DNA of 62,912 nucleotides, filler included, from Neolecta irregularis DAH-3 (Eukaryota): NCBI GenBank assembly GCA_001929475.1. It is 11 parts of 11 records of this genome, joined end to end, with 100 filler letters (N's around TTAATTAATTAA, not from the genome) between each part and the next. Parts side by side here need not be neighbours in the genome. Positions count along the whole stretch, not along the records: positions 39,662 to 55,472 come from LXFE01000262.1; positions 55,573 to 56,861 come from LXFE01000263.1; positions 56,962 to 61,750 come from LXFE01002866.1; 8 more parts are not named here. One strand, 5' to 3'. Shown piece by piece: positions 49,392 to 61,202 of this stretch (position 1 is its first letter; each line of letters starts with the position of its first letter). The notes under the pieces were generated by a model. It saw only the letters and a program-made list of their open reading frames with translations, ran no database searches and was not told where the DNA came from. The position numbers and the translations under genes were made by a program.

Positions 49392-52329
49392 ATGATGCCA
49401 ACAACTGATCTTTATGGAAAGCTTGCAGACAACGATCCAGCTGCGCGATTGTCTGCTGCCGAAAAATTAATTTCGAGTTTAAAAGAATCGTCAACTGAGG
49501 AGATGGAATATGCGATAGGAAGGTTATTCAAAGGACTTGCTAGTCGGCGGAAAAGCGCGAGGCTAGGATTCGGAGTTGCTTTGACGGAGGTGCGATGCAA
49601 TTCATGAATATCATGCTGAGCAATAGTTGTTAAGTGTCTTGACCAACATTGATGTAAAGGACCTCCTTTCTTTGTTAGAAAAACATACGGCACCTTCTGG
49701 AAATATTAACGGCGCAGTACGAGGTTCCTTATTAAAAACTCTATTTTAAATCTTAGGAAGAGCGAGATTTTTACTTTGCTCGTATCTTCGGAGTTGAGGC
49801 TCTGCTGAAATCGAGGGTGCTATCCCGCGAATCGGTAACTGATGAAGATTTCCAATCGGTGATTAATCTGCTACTCGTACTTGCTCAAAGTAAATCTTGG
49901 CTTCGGGAATCCTGCGCAAAAATATTATGCGAAGTCATTTTAAGATATCCGGCCCATACCTCCAGTATTCTCTCAAAGATCCACGAAACAAACCTTGCCA
50001 AGACAAGTGACGGTGTTGCCATTATTCTGACTGCGTCTTCATTGCCTGTATACTCTTCGTATAATCGTATCCACCTGACGGTATAGAATCATCCCAAGTT
50101 ACCTTGTTTGGTGTGGAGGCACGGATGTCCACTACACCTTTCTTCACTATCTTTGTTATCAAAAGTCCTCCGTCAGTCGTCATCATCCGAAAAAGAAAAA
50201 GCGCCATCAGAGATTTGGAAAGCTCGTATTCATTTTGTCTGGGATCTCATCATGGACAAATACGCGTCAAATTCAGATAAAGTATGCCCGTTTGCAGACT
50301 TCTGGAAGACTGTTGTTGATGGTATGCGTCTCTTTTACTCCGATCTATAGTATTAGAAGGACTTTTCTCGGCCTCCTCATCTCCAGAGCGAAAGTACTGG
50401 GGGTTCCAATTGTTTGAACGAGCACTGCGGATTGTGTCAACTTCTCAAATATCATCTATATTTTCTCAAAACTTCCTTCGGTGCATGATAAACCAACTTG
50501 GTGATTCGGAGCGATATAACTACAAAGCTGCCAAAAAGGCTTCGAGCGCCATCGTCTCAGCCGCTGAAAAGAGACCTGAAATTTCATATTCGATTCTCAA
50601 AATTTTGTTGTCGGAAACTATCAACTTTGATACAATAACGAAAACAAAAACCGTTGAGGGTCTATTAAAAACTCTAGATGAGATCGCGGTCATTAAAACC
50701 GTTGATTTGTTTCGGATGATGGCAATTGACTGCGAAGAATTAGAGAGCCCCAAAACTGTTAACTCTAGAAGACAATGGATAGCAGATCATTTGTTGCTCC
50801 TCATTCGCAATACCAAAAGAGAGGAGCCGTCAATCCAAAAGATCCTTTCCTTGTTGGTTGAAATTGCATATTTTCCGTTCCCCTCTAAACCTGAGACCCA
50901 CGAATCAATTCGTTCGATGTTCCAGAGTCGCTTATTGAGTTCTTTATCATTCCTTGAGGGGAAATGGGCTTATAATGTGATTCTAATAATTGAAAAATAT
51001 GAGACTGAGATGATCATCGAGCTGAGCGAAGATATTGTGCAGAGAGAAAAAAAGGTCATTCGTTTGTTGAAGAAAATACGAAAGAAGGTATACTTCAGGC
51101 TGTATTTTGTTCTGATTACCGCAGAAATCCTGCTTAGAAGATGATACCAAGGAAGAGTTAGACGCCTTTGAGAGCCTTTTATCTTTTACACTATTACAAA
51201 TCTACAGCGGTGACGCCGAAGCCGTTGAGGTTATTGCTGTATCTACCTTCTTTTTATTCCTGTTAATTGGTTTCCAGGAACTTCAAGACTGCTACAAAAG
51301 GTTGTTCGAGAGGAACTCCGGTGATGGACCGCCGGCGATAGAAGTTCTCGTAGATATTCTATTAAGTTTCCTGTCGAAGAATTCTGCAATTCTTCGGAAA
51401 CTTGCTGAAAGAATGTTTAATGCCTTCTTGGCAAGGCTTACGGATAAGAGTCTTCTGCTTTTATTTAATGCATGCCTTTCAGTTGCTAAATGCTGATATG
51501 GAAGGTCCTCGAAACCAGGGAAACAAATGCTGGATCTCAAGAGATTTACGATCACGATGATGATAAACTTGACGATGAAATGTATATCTATGAAGCTGAG
51601 GATGAACAAGAATCGGGTTCTACGAAAGAGCAGGGCTCAGATGATACAGATGACGAATACAACGTCAATTCATCGGATGAAGACATCGGACTTCAATCAG
51701 CATTAGCTGCAGCCCTTCAAGATCATGCGATGTGTGACGGAAACGAGTCAGAAGAGTTGATGAACGATGAGGAGATGCTTGCTCTCGATTCCCAGTTAAT
51801 AAACATCTTTAAGCAGCGGAAAGCCGAGAAATCGAAGAAACAAGTTAATGAAAAAGCAAGAGAAAACTTGGTACATTTTAAGAATCGAGTGCTGGATCTC
51901 TTGGATCTCTTAGTCCGCGGTCAGAATAAAAACAAGATTGTTCTAACCATAATCCTACCGCTTTTGAGATTATCAAGATCCACCGGCTCTGATCAAATTA
52001 GAGAGAAATCAGTTACAGTTTTAAGGAGTCTCTCAAAAACAAAGGATTTACCAAATGATGTCAATGTGGAAACAAGTCTTGAGTTGATTAAATTAATACA
52101 CGATGAAGCTTCAAAGTCCAAGAATCCTCTAATAACCAATGTAGCTTCTGCTGTCAGCTTGATGGTCGTCAAGATTCTTGTCATTCAAGATAAACAAAAC
52201 GTCCAGGAGGTTGTTAAAGTATATGCAACTTCAATCAGTAAATGGATGTTGAATCGGAAAAGTAAGATTCGAGGTAATTTATTCTTTGATTTTATCAACT
52301 GGGGGAAAGTTTGGCGGGAATCTATGTAA
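49392..52329 (+). CDS. POL5: Pol5 / DNA polymerase phi (MYBBP1A family) ribosome-biogenesis protein
   Basis: YAIGRLFKGLASRRKSARLGFGVALTE; KSWLRESC; SSSPERKYWGF; MNDEEMLALDSQLINIFKQRK; HFKNRVLDLL. Confidence 0.93.
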
Positions 52330-52855
52330 ACATAGGTTAACCATCGAAATGGAGCTAAACCCATGGATGGAGATGCAAGCATGAGCAAGTAATATCACAG
52401 GCTTATATATAGAGGACAATACCAGCTCACCTTTATAGTGGCTGGTCTAGGCTCAGTACGCTTGGTTCATAATTGCCTATCGTCACACGAGACCCTAGTG
52501 TCCGGATAATAGGATCCGTTTTTACAGTCTACCTCATAGTTATGAAATAGGTTAACCTTCACATTAAAAACCCATAGCAGGAAATAAACTATCAGGGGCT
52601 TCGAGGATTAAAAATTACACATATGAACTTATATTGTTACTGAATCTTGAAATATCGAAGTCATTGATACAGAAAAATAGCCCAGTTATATAAAAAAGCC
52701 TCCAAATACCGGCTCAAGGTGTTATGCTGAAGTCAAGGCGTGCTGCTAATTCTTTTGTTAATATTAATTAGCAACCATCGTATTGAATGCATTGTGACTT
52801 GCAAAAACTCCACCGAAACTCCCGTGCCAGTTATCGTCGTACTTCCTCACCCATT

Positions 52856-53836
52856 ATGGCCTCGTCGAAACTCCCTTCCATCTTTAATGGTACGCTTTCG
52901 CTTCCAGACATAATATCTGATAGATTAAGCATCACAGGAAGATATTCAGATGCTCCTCGCCGCGAACTGTCATATCGGCGCCAAAAATCTCGAGGTATTT
53001 TAGAATTATTTAGTAATTATTCAGTGATCGCTAATATTCAAAAAGACTCGAAACTCGGCGTACGTCTACAAAAGAAGACAAGATGGTGTTTTTATAATCA
53101 ATCTTAATAAAACCTACCAAAAGATCCTCCTCGCAGCCAGAATTATTGCAACCATTGATAACTCATCCGACGTTTGCGCAGTGAGCGCTCGACCATATGG
53201 ACAACGGGCGGTTTTAAAATTCGCTTCTCACACTGGGTCGCAAGCTATATCCTCGCGATTCACTCCGGGAAGCTTCACTAACTATATAACTCGATCTTTC
53301 AAAGAACCTCGATTGGTTATTGTCACAGATCCCCGAACGGATGCTCAGGCTATCAAAGAGGCCAGTTATGTCAATATCCCAGTTATAGCACTTGTTGATA
53401 CCGACTCGCCGATTCAATATGTTGATGTCGCTATCCCTACTAACAACAAATCACGACACTCGATTGGTTTGATCTGGTGGATGCTGGCTCGTGAAGTCTT
53501 GAGATTAAGGGGAGTTATTCCCAATCGAACCGCACAATGGCCTGTCATGGTTGGTATGCTTTTGTTTTGTCTTAGATTGCCCTGACTCCAGACATGTACT
53601 TCTACCGAGATCCCGAAGAAGCCGAGACCACTGCTGAAGAGACCAAGGCTATCGAAGAGAATGCTACCTATCCAACTGAAGGGGATTGGGAACAACAAGG
53701 AAATGCTGCTGTTCCTGCAGGACAGTCCTGGGATGCAGAAGGAGATTGGGCTGCAGAAGCCAACACAGCTGCTGGAGCTGGAGAGACCAGTGACTGGGCT
53801 GCCCAGGGTGCTACTGCTACGGGCGACTGGGAGTAG
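52856..53836 (+). CDS. RPS0: 40S ribosomal protein uS2 (S0/SA)
   Basis: [78 protein letters not shown]. Confidence 0.98.
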
Positions 53837-54416
53837 ATATCAATCTAAAAAGAAATTTTATTGTGTTTTAACGCAGCTTGTCTTGTTTCCCTTCGATTTT
53901 CTTCTTATTCATACGGGGTTGTCTCTCAGATCAACAAGCCCTACTGAAAACCTTCTACTATATAACAGCGCCCTGATGGACAAGACGGTGTTTCAAATGA
54001 CAACCTTACGCTTGAACTTCAATCGCCTCTATGTCATTCTTTCTATTGCCAGCGTCAGTCAGTAGTGTTCGTAAACCTAACAGGGAGCCTTTTCTGTTAG
54101 AGAAATCATTCTCCGATGGTAAATATTTGATACTGCTTATGTTTATATTCTTAGAAGGACCATAATTCTATATCTCCAAGTCTGATAGCCACTTGAATTT
54201 TTATCGATATGATGCGCACGCTTAGCCGTCTAACTAACTGAAGTCGCCAAGCTCTGAAGAAGGGCATGAAAAGAAAGTCACTTGTCGTCACTCCGATAAT
54301 TTGCTGTTTAGTGTGCTATAGTGTGGGAACACGAAAAGTATGGCCAACCGCGCCCGGCGGTGGCATGAATTATCAATTTACATAGCTGCAATCCCGCACG
54401 CATGGTCAGCTATTAA

Positions 54417-54502
54417 ATAAGTCTAGCAAGTCTGGAGGTCCAAAATTAGCAAGTAAGCAAGTCTAAAAGGGTAGACTTGCTTACTTGGACTTTGTAGACT
54501 TG
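54417..54502. mobile_element. CAAGT/ACTTG palindromic transposon-end/MITE remnant
   Basis: CAAGTAAGCAAGTCTA-AAAGGG-TAGACTTGCTTACTTG perfect inverted repeat; related to 7798-7862. Confidence 0.5.
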
Positions 54503-54890
54503 ATAGTAATATCATAATAGAGGTTGGATACACCGTACTCCACACATTTTCATCAGGTTTTCCCTAAGCTCAACGGCGATGAAACGGTCACCGCCCCAAA
54601 CCGGCCACCGAAAAAATATTTTCGCGTCACATATATTCGTCTCCCCAACGTTCTATTCAGAGTTTAGCTGCCATTCAATCATGTAGCTATCAATACTAGC
54701 TCTTTCCATGCCTTTGCTGTTTTTTTAGCTTCTAATTCTGGTGCTCTAGCTACGAATTTTGCCCTTTGTTGAGTTGCTTCATTAATCGCCTGTTGAATAT
54801 TTTCAAATATTGGCAAATCAGCTATTTGCATCAATTGATACCCTTTTCCTTGACCTCATATCCTGGAGCTCATTTATAATTGATTTCTGC

Positions 54891-54975
54891 TCAGTGTTGG
54901 GGATGGGCCAAAGCCCATGGGCTTTTTCCTGGACTGGCCCATGGGCCAGGATGGGCTTTTTTCTTGGCATGACTC
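54891..54975 (+). mobile_element. hAT-like MITE terminus (CAGTGTTGG...GGCCCATGGGC family)
   Basis: Begins CAGTGTTGGGGATGGGCCAAAGCCCATGGGC; related to 39751-39845. Confidence 0.5.
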
Positions 54976-55035
54976 ATGGTCTATCCCAAATACTGGGTCA
55001 ACTTAATAGGATAATACTATTTATATACTATTTAT

Positions 55036-55126
55036 CAAATCCGGATTCCTGCCCCAAATCCGGATTCCTGCGTCCAAATCCGGATTCCTGCGCCCAAATC
55101 CGGATTCCTGCGCCCAAATCCGGATG
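55036..55126 (+). repeat. ~20-bp tandem repeat CAAATCCGGATTCCTGCGCC (about 4.5 copies)
   Basis: Direct reading; each unit contains the palindrome ATCCGGAT. Confidence 0.92.
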
Positions 55127-55177
55127 AAAAATGACGGGCGACGCAGTCATTCCAGCTATTGCAGCACCTCAAAAGGT

Positions 55178-55185
55178 TATAAAAA
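55178..55185 (+). promoter_or_regulatory. TATA box of the small secreted peptide gene
   Basis: TATAAAAA about 48 nt upstream of ATG 55227. Confidence 0.5.
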
Positions 55186-55226
55186 GGACTGAAATTGTCC
55201 TTTCATTTCACTTCAAATAATCAAAC

Positions 55227-55391
55227 ATGAACACTCAAATCACTATGCTATCCATAGTACTAGCTCTGTCCTGCCCATTTGTGGTAGTGGGACATTGCTG
55301 GGACAGTGCCAATTCGGGTAAACGTGAGTGTTGCCGCAGACCCGGAGATTACCAATTTCACCTACCTCCGTGTTCGGGCACAGAAGTTTGA
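55227..55391 (+). CDS. Small secreted cysteine-rich peptide (54 aa)
   Basis: MNTQITMLSIVLALSCPFVVVG-HCWDSANSGKRECCRRPGDYQFHLPPCSGTEV*; good start context (AAACATG), upstream TATA. Confidence 0.65.
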   Translation: MNTQITMLSIVLALSCPFVVVGHCWDSANSGKRECCRRPGDYQFHLPPCSGTEV

Positions 55392-55572
55392 CTTACCTGC
55401 TTGATCTTGGTTCTTCTGTTCAGATCAAGCAGTGGCAGTATCAGATTTGCTGTTGTGGTTAGTTCTTTGTTGNNNNNNNNNNNNNNNNNNNNNNNNNNNN
55501 NNNNNNNNNNNNNNNNTTAATTAATTAANNNNNNNNNNNNNNNNNNNNNNNNNNNNNNNNNNNNNNNNNNNN

Positions 55573-56258
55573 ACATACCGGATGAAATTTTTGAAGCATT
55601 TAGCCCGAATGACAATGATCTCACGATCGGGAAGTCACACCTGTCGACGGAGAAGCAAAAGAACAATGATCTCATGATCGGGAAGTCACTCCTGTTGAGC
55701 GAGAAGCAAAATAATGATGATTTCATGATCGGGAAGTCACCTCTGTTGAGCGAGAAGCAAACGAATGCATTGAACATGCAAAAGTACCAAGAGAGATTAA
55801 CAGCACTGGTTGGCAAATGTATTCTATGCCTCTTTCTTGGTCATGATGGATCTCACTTGCTTGACGAGTGTCCACATTGAGGCAGGTTTTTGGCGCTGAA
55901 GAAAGATGCGAATAGTGCAAAAATACATTATCAGGCATTGGGTAGAAATTCCTGGTTTGCTAGATATGCTAGCTGCTTCTATTGTTATAACCCTCAGGCA
56001 GTGTGCAATAATCAAGGAAAAGTCGGGTGCAAGTTTAAAGATATGGTCATTCCACTTTGCTATGCGGTATTCGACATTCAGTGGTGGAGGGACTCAAGTT
56101 TGCAAGAACTAGCAGGACGATCATTTGGAAACAAGTTGGATTTTATGAAATGGCTAGGCAACGAAAGAGTGGTACATGGAGTTAAAGCCTCAAATGCTAT
56201 GCTTGTTGCAGATGCAGCTTTAGAGGTATTACTAAGGGTTAGAAGTATTCCGCAATAA
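55573..56258 (+). pseudogene. C-terminal Cys/His-rich region of a fungal RecQ-like/telomere-linked helicase (TLH-type), with in-frame TGA at 55878-55880 and three 51-bp repeats (55614-55766)
   Basis: CILC...H...CPH*...WFARYASCFYCYNPQAVC...CKFKDMVIPLCY pattern; family assignment is from memory of TLH-type C-termini. Confidence 0.55.
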
Positions 56259-56961
56259 GGTAATAATACCAGAGAACTATAATTTATGATATTAGGAGAA
56301 GATTGAACACTATCGAGATTAGTAATGGATTAGGTAGCCAAAGTGATGGTACGTGATGAGAAGTAAAAGTATTTCTTCAGACTTTGTTCATTTGTAAAAG
56401 TTGTTTCCTGAAAACTCTGGCTCGATAGGAAACTGTTGTGACAGTATAGCTAAAGAAGTAAGACCAAATGTTATTTTGTGGGACGTGTACAATATCAAAC
56501 TGAAGCGGGAGTGTTCTTCGCCAGGAGAAGTAGGAGGGATGGAGGAGCTAGTCTAGTGAGATAAAGAGATTGGTTTACTTTTTGATGAGGTAGAAGGAGA
56601 GTTCAACTGTATCGCCGACAATGAGCTGACTGTACTGCTCAGCAACACTTATGTCACCCTGAATCTACAAAGGGAGGTTCATTATAGAGGACCCGCAGCT
56701 GGAAATGCTTGTGCCTGCACCGAGGTCAGAGGATGCAAAGAGACAGCAGGCGAGGGCGGTATCGAAGGGTGGTGTTGAGGGGCAGTGAGTAGTGCGCGGT
56801 GTAACCGACTCCTCTCTATGGAAGCAGGTTAGTGACGATATGTGGAGCTTCTGTGCTCGCTNNNNNNNNNNNNNNNNNNNNNNNNNNNNNNNNNNNNNNN
56901 NNNNNTTAATTAATTAANNNNNNNNNNNNNNNNNNNNNNNNNNNNNNNNNNNNNNNNNNNN

Positions 56962-57497
56962 TGTACTCTTGCGGTATCCGTGTTTCACTATTTGTGGCTG
57001 GAAAACGGCCCCTGCTTCCGCATCTAAAAACCCCTGGTCGCCGCCCTTGCTCCAAGTTCCACCATGATCCTGCCCCTCCATCCCGCCCTTCNNNNNNNNN
57101 NCGGCCCGCCTCCAGCGCCAGCGCGAGCACGAGGCTGAGGAGCGCCGAGCAACCCGCGCAAGGGATCCGCCGCCCGCCAGGTCTCCAGAGTGGCGAGACA
57201 GGCCCAAGCAGCAGCCTGAGAGAGCGGCCGCCTCGCCCGAACCTGCGCGGTACCGCCCTCCTGCTGCACGCAGACAGCAGGACCCGCCTGCGAAATAGCA
57301 AAATAGACCCGCAAATAGACCCCAGAATGCAGTTGGACTGAAACCTGCGGCATCCCGTATATAGTTTGTACTCTTGCGGTATCCGTGTTTCACTATTTGT
57401 GGCTGGAAAACGGCCCCTGCTTCCGCATCTCCCAAACCCCTGGTCGCCGCCCTTGCTCCAAGTTCCACCATGATCCTGCCCCTCCATCCCGCCCTTC
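56962..57497 (+). repeat. ~130-bp direct repeat (56962-57091 and 57368-57497) around a 10-N gap
   Basis: Near-identical copies differing at TCTAAAAACCCC vs TCTCCCAAACCCC. Confidence 0.85.
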
Positions 57498-57614
57498 ATC
57501 CTGCCCTGACCGTCTCCTTCCGTGTCTCCTCGGCACATCTGAAGCAGCTCTAGTATTGCCAGACCGCCAGATCGCGATCGCCAGATCCCAGAACCGCCGG
57601 GGATTCATCGATAC

Positions 57615-57892
57615 ACCGCATCACCCATCACCCATCATCCATCACCCATCATCCATCATCCATCATCCATCACCGCATCACCCATCACCCATCACCCATC
57701 ATCCATCATCCATCATCCATCACCCNNNNNNNNNNTCCATCATCCATCATCCATCACCCATCACCCATCACCCATCATCCATCACCGCATCACCCATCAC
57801 CCATCACCCATCATCCATCATCCATCATCCATCACCCATCACCCATCACCCATCACCCATCACCCATCACCCATCACCCATCACCGCATCAC
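57615..57892 (+). repeat. (CATCACC/CATC)n compound microsatellite
   Basis: Direct reading. Confidence 0.95.
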
Positions 57893-57895
57893 GGC

Positions 57896-58642
57896 ATGCT
57901 CCATATAGCCTCCCCCGACCAGTTTAGCAAGAAACCCATAGTCAAACTCGCCCACCACGGCTCCCTATTGACCGCCCTCCTTTCCCCCGCCTCCTCCTCC
58001 CCCGATCTCTCCCCCGTAGAAGCTTCTTCAGAATCAACCTGGCCTAGTGTGGCTAGCTCCCCCACGTTCAAGCACCCGGTCACTCCGCCCCAACGCAAAA
58101 TCGCCTTTGCCGCCCCCAAAATAAAACCGCCCCCTGCGTTGCGTTTCGCCCCTCTCCCCGCCCACAAACAAAATGCCCCCAAACGCGATGACGTCCCCAT
58201 CGACCTCCCCAAACGCGACGACGTCAGCGAGGACGACAATGACGACGGCGACATCTCCGACGAATCAAATTCCCCAGACGACGACTATTTCGAAAGACTC
58301 ACCCCCAAATCCCTCTACAAATCAGGTTTAACACAGCCTATCGACCTCCCCTCCCCAGGCCTCCCAGACGACACAGATTTCATCCCAGGCACCCTCGACG
58401 AAGATAAACCATTCCAAGAACTATTCGCAAAAGCAATATCAGACAGAGCCCAACGAGTCAGATTCCAACAATGGGAAAACGCTTGCCCCTCAATTCCATC
58501 TTCTCCCATCCCTGTAAGGAGAGGCAGATCCCCCCCACCCCCCGTCCCCAGGCATAAAATGAGATTCAGTGTTTCAGGAGGTACCACCAGCACTATCGGC
58601 TTGCCTTGTAGACGCTTCAGAACAAGTTTTTCTCATGATTAA
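57896..58642 (+). CDS. Conserved fungal hypothetical protein (DUF2457-like)
   Basis: HGSLLTALL and LPDDTDFIPGTLDEDKP motifs resemble the PDSTDFVCGTLDEDRP motif of DUF2457 proteins. Confidence 0.6.
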   Translation: MLHIASPDQFSKKPIVKLAHHGSLLTALLSPASSSPDLSPVEASSESTWPSVASSPTFKHPVTPPQRKIAFAAPKIKPPPALRFAPLPAHKQNAPKRDDVPIDLPKRDDVSEDDNDDGDISDESNSPDDDYFERLTPKSLYKSGLTQPIDLPSPGLPDDTDFIPGTLDEDKPFQELFAKAISDRAQRVRFQQWENACPSIPSSPIPVRRGRSPPPPVPRHKMRFSVSGGTTSTIGLPCRRFRTSFSHD

Positions 58643-58851
58643 AGCGTATCTTGATCCTCGTCATTGTCTTGATCGGCGTCACTGTTCCTGTTGACCTTGA
58701 TCCTGTTGTATGATCTTGATCTAGATGTTAATCTTTACAATGTTGATCTTTTTCTCTCTCATTCATGCATATTTCGTTTGGTCAGGATGGCTTTATATGG
58801 TGCCCCTAATTGACCTAACCGCCAACCACTTTTTGTCCACGTCCACTCGTC

Positions 58852-59620
58852 ATGTTTATCGTCAACTGGTAACTACCCTTCAGCTCATCAGTAACAACAG
58901 GTTCTGGGATACACTTGCAAGTCTCGGGCTTCTTAATAAACACGCCAAGGTGTGCTCAAACTTGCCTTGTCTAACCCTAGATCCTCTTCTTGGGACTCGA
59001 CAACGCAGGAAAAACCACATTGTTGCATATGTTGAAGGTATTTGACTACCGTGACGATATCTCATCTTCCAGAATGATCGCTTGGCTACATTGTCTCCCA
59101 CACTGCATCCAAGTACACATCACCTCTGCAGAATTAACTTGCATAGCAAGCGAGGAACTCGCTCTAGGTAATATCAGATTCACTACCTTTGACCTTGGCG
59201 GTCATCAACAGGGTAAGACTCGGTACCGTCTCTTCTAAAGCAAGCCCGTCGTCTCTGGAAACACTACTTTCCAGACGTCCATGGAATCGCCTTTTTGGTA
59301 GACGCAACAGACCTCGAGCGGCTCGCAGAAGCCAGAGCAGAATTAGACGCTCTCCAAGAGATCGAAGAACTAAACAACGTCCCTTTCCTCATCCTCGGAA
59401 ACAAAATCGATGCACCTGGTTCCATGTCGGAGGAAGAACTGAGAGCAGGGCTCAACCTGATTTACACGACTGGAAAAAATAAAGCCCCCCTTTCAGAAGG
59501 CACTCGGCCTCTCGAAGTGTTCATGTGCTCGGTTGTTCTCAGACAAGGTTATGGCGAAGGGTATCTTTCCTATTTACTTGTTCTTATCCTAGATTCCGAT
59601 GGTTGTCGCACTATGTTTAG
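58852..59620 (+). CDS. SAR1: COPII small GTPase Sar1 (7 exons)
   Basis: [35 protein letters not shown]...PTLHPTSEEL...[13 protein letters not shown]...LGNKID...[22 protein letters not shown]. Confidence 0.98.
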
Positions 59621-59659
59621 CTTGGTTTGATATCTTTGCTCGCTTATTGGATATATCAA

Positions 59660-61070
59660 TTATTTTCCCAGTTCTTCAACTAATTCAATGCATCTCCTTG
59701 GATCGTGCTTATTATATACAAAAAGACCTTGCAAAGACGCCGTGCTTACTTTCTTCTCCAACCCACATACTCTCTCTGCAAATTCGTCCGCGTCATTTTC
59801 TCTCCCTTCAAAAAAGCGCAGAAACATCTGCTTTGCTTGCGTGTACGACGCATTGTCAATTGCCTGTTTCATATCGACTCTGCCGGGGCGGATCAACGCG
59901 TCCTCTAATATTTGAACGTGATTCGTCGTCATGAAAATTAATCGTTCTTCACATGATGCTACCCCATCCAATGCATTCAATAGTCCAGAGAAAGTAACTC
60001 CAGACTGATACCTTTCCAATCAGTTTTGCTTAACTTCAAATATACCCTTGATCGTCGGATTGTGAGCGGCCGCTGAAAGCCGCGTCGATGTCTTCTAGTA
60101 AGAGGATGCTTTGCTCAGGTACATTTGTCAGTAAATGGTTTAAACGGTCATCAGTCAATCCCCTGGTCGAAAGATTTAATATGCAGATGTTGTAATCCAA
60201 ATGACCCGCCAACGCTTGTATAAAGCTACTCTTTCCACTACCAGGTGGTCCGTAAAGCAAATACCCCCGCCGATATGGAATTCCTTTTCGTCAAATCACA
60301 TTCAACAAGAATAAACCTCTGTCAGCATACCACTTTTCGCTTTTCAAAAAATCTTGCACGTCAGAAATAATCTTCTCTTTAATCCCCGTATCCAAAATTA
60401 CACTGTCTAGTAGTCGCTTCCGTCTAGGCTGTCCAAATTGTTTCCACTCCGTTCCCCAAGAAATGAAAATTACGGTTTTGCCCTGTTGATTCCTCATCGC
60501 CATCTCCTGAGCTTCCTTTAACAATATTTGAAAAATATCCCGATCGCGAGATAGGGTAGTCAACGTGACGGTTTCCCAGGGTGCACCAGTAGTAAGATCA
60601 ATCAATTTTCCCTGTCGTTCCCTTTGAATCTAAATTCAGCCAAATAGCTCGAATTCTAGACATACTTTAATCCAAATACCAGCATACCTCAAAAAATGAT
60701 TTCCAGGCCCAGGAATAAATCGAACCCCAGAAGCAACGCTGCCGTTATCAAATTGTTTAAAACTGGTTTCAACAGCTAGATGGTGCGATGATCGAGATTG
60801 CTGTTTAGCCATCCAATGTAAAAACCAATTGTAACTTTTATCCCGAGAGGATATTTCGAGTGTTACAAGGAGATGTCGTTTTGCATGTGTCAAGCCGTGA
60901 ATTGAAAATTGTTTCAACAGTGCAAGGGAAGCGCCTAGGCCCATTAACCCGAATCCCTAACTTGTCAAGACTATCTTTAAGATTTGGAGAACAGCAGAGA
61001 AGTAAGGGTTTGAAGACAACATTGATGATATTGAAGTTTTTTGGACGGGCGGTTCCGGGATTATTTCCAT
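59660..61070 (-). CDS. BCS1: Mitochondrial AAA chaperone Bcs1
   Basis: [46 protein letters not shown]alker [34 protein letters not shown]. Confidence 0.97.
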
Positions 61071-61202
61071 GTCAAGTGACAGCGTGTGGCGCGTCGAGGG
61101 ATAACTCAATCGGCTCGCAACCTATTCAGAGAATTTCAATAAAAAACGAGAATGAATAAGACTGAAGAAAAGGTTTAACAAACTGCTTTTACAACCATTG
61201 CT

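Noticed and set aside
56962..57497. LTR pair
   Set aside because: Only ~130 bp, bounded by Ns, no TG..CA/PBS/PPT or internal gag-pol; could be a scaffolding duplicate
57385..57927. His/Pro-rich 180-aa ORF
   Set aside because: Translation of a CATCACC microsatellite spanning an N gap
58725..59045. ORF with hydrophobic, signal-like N-terminus
   Set aside because: Overlaps SAR1 exons and introns; spurious upstream extension
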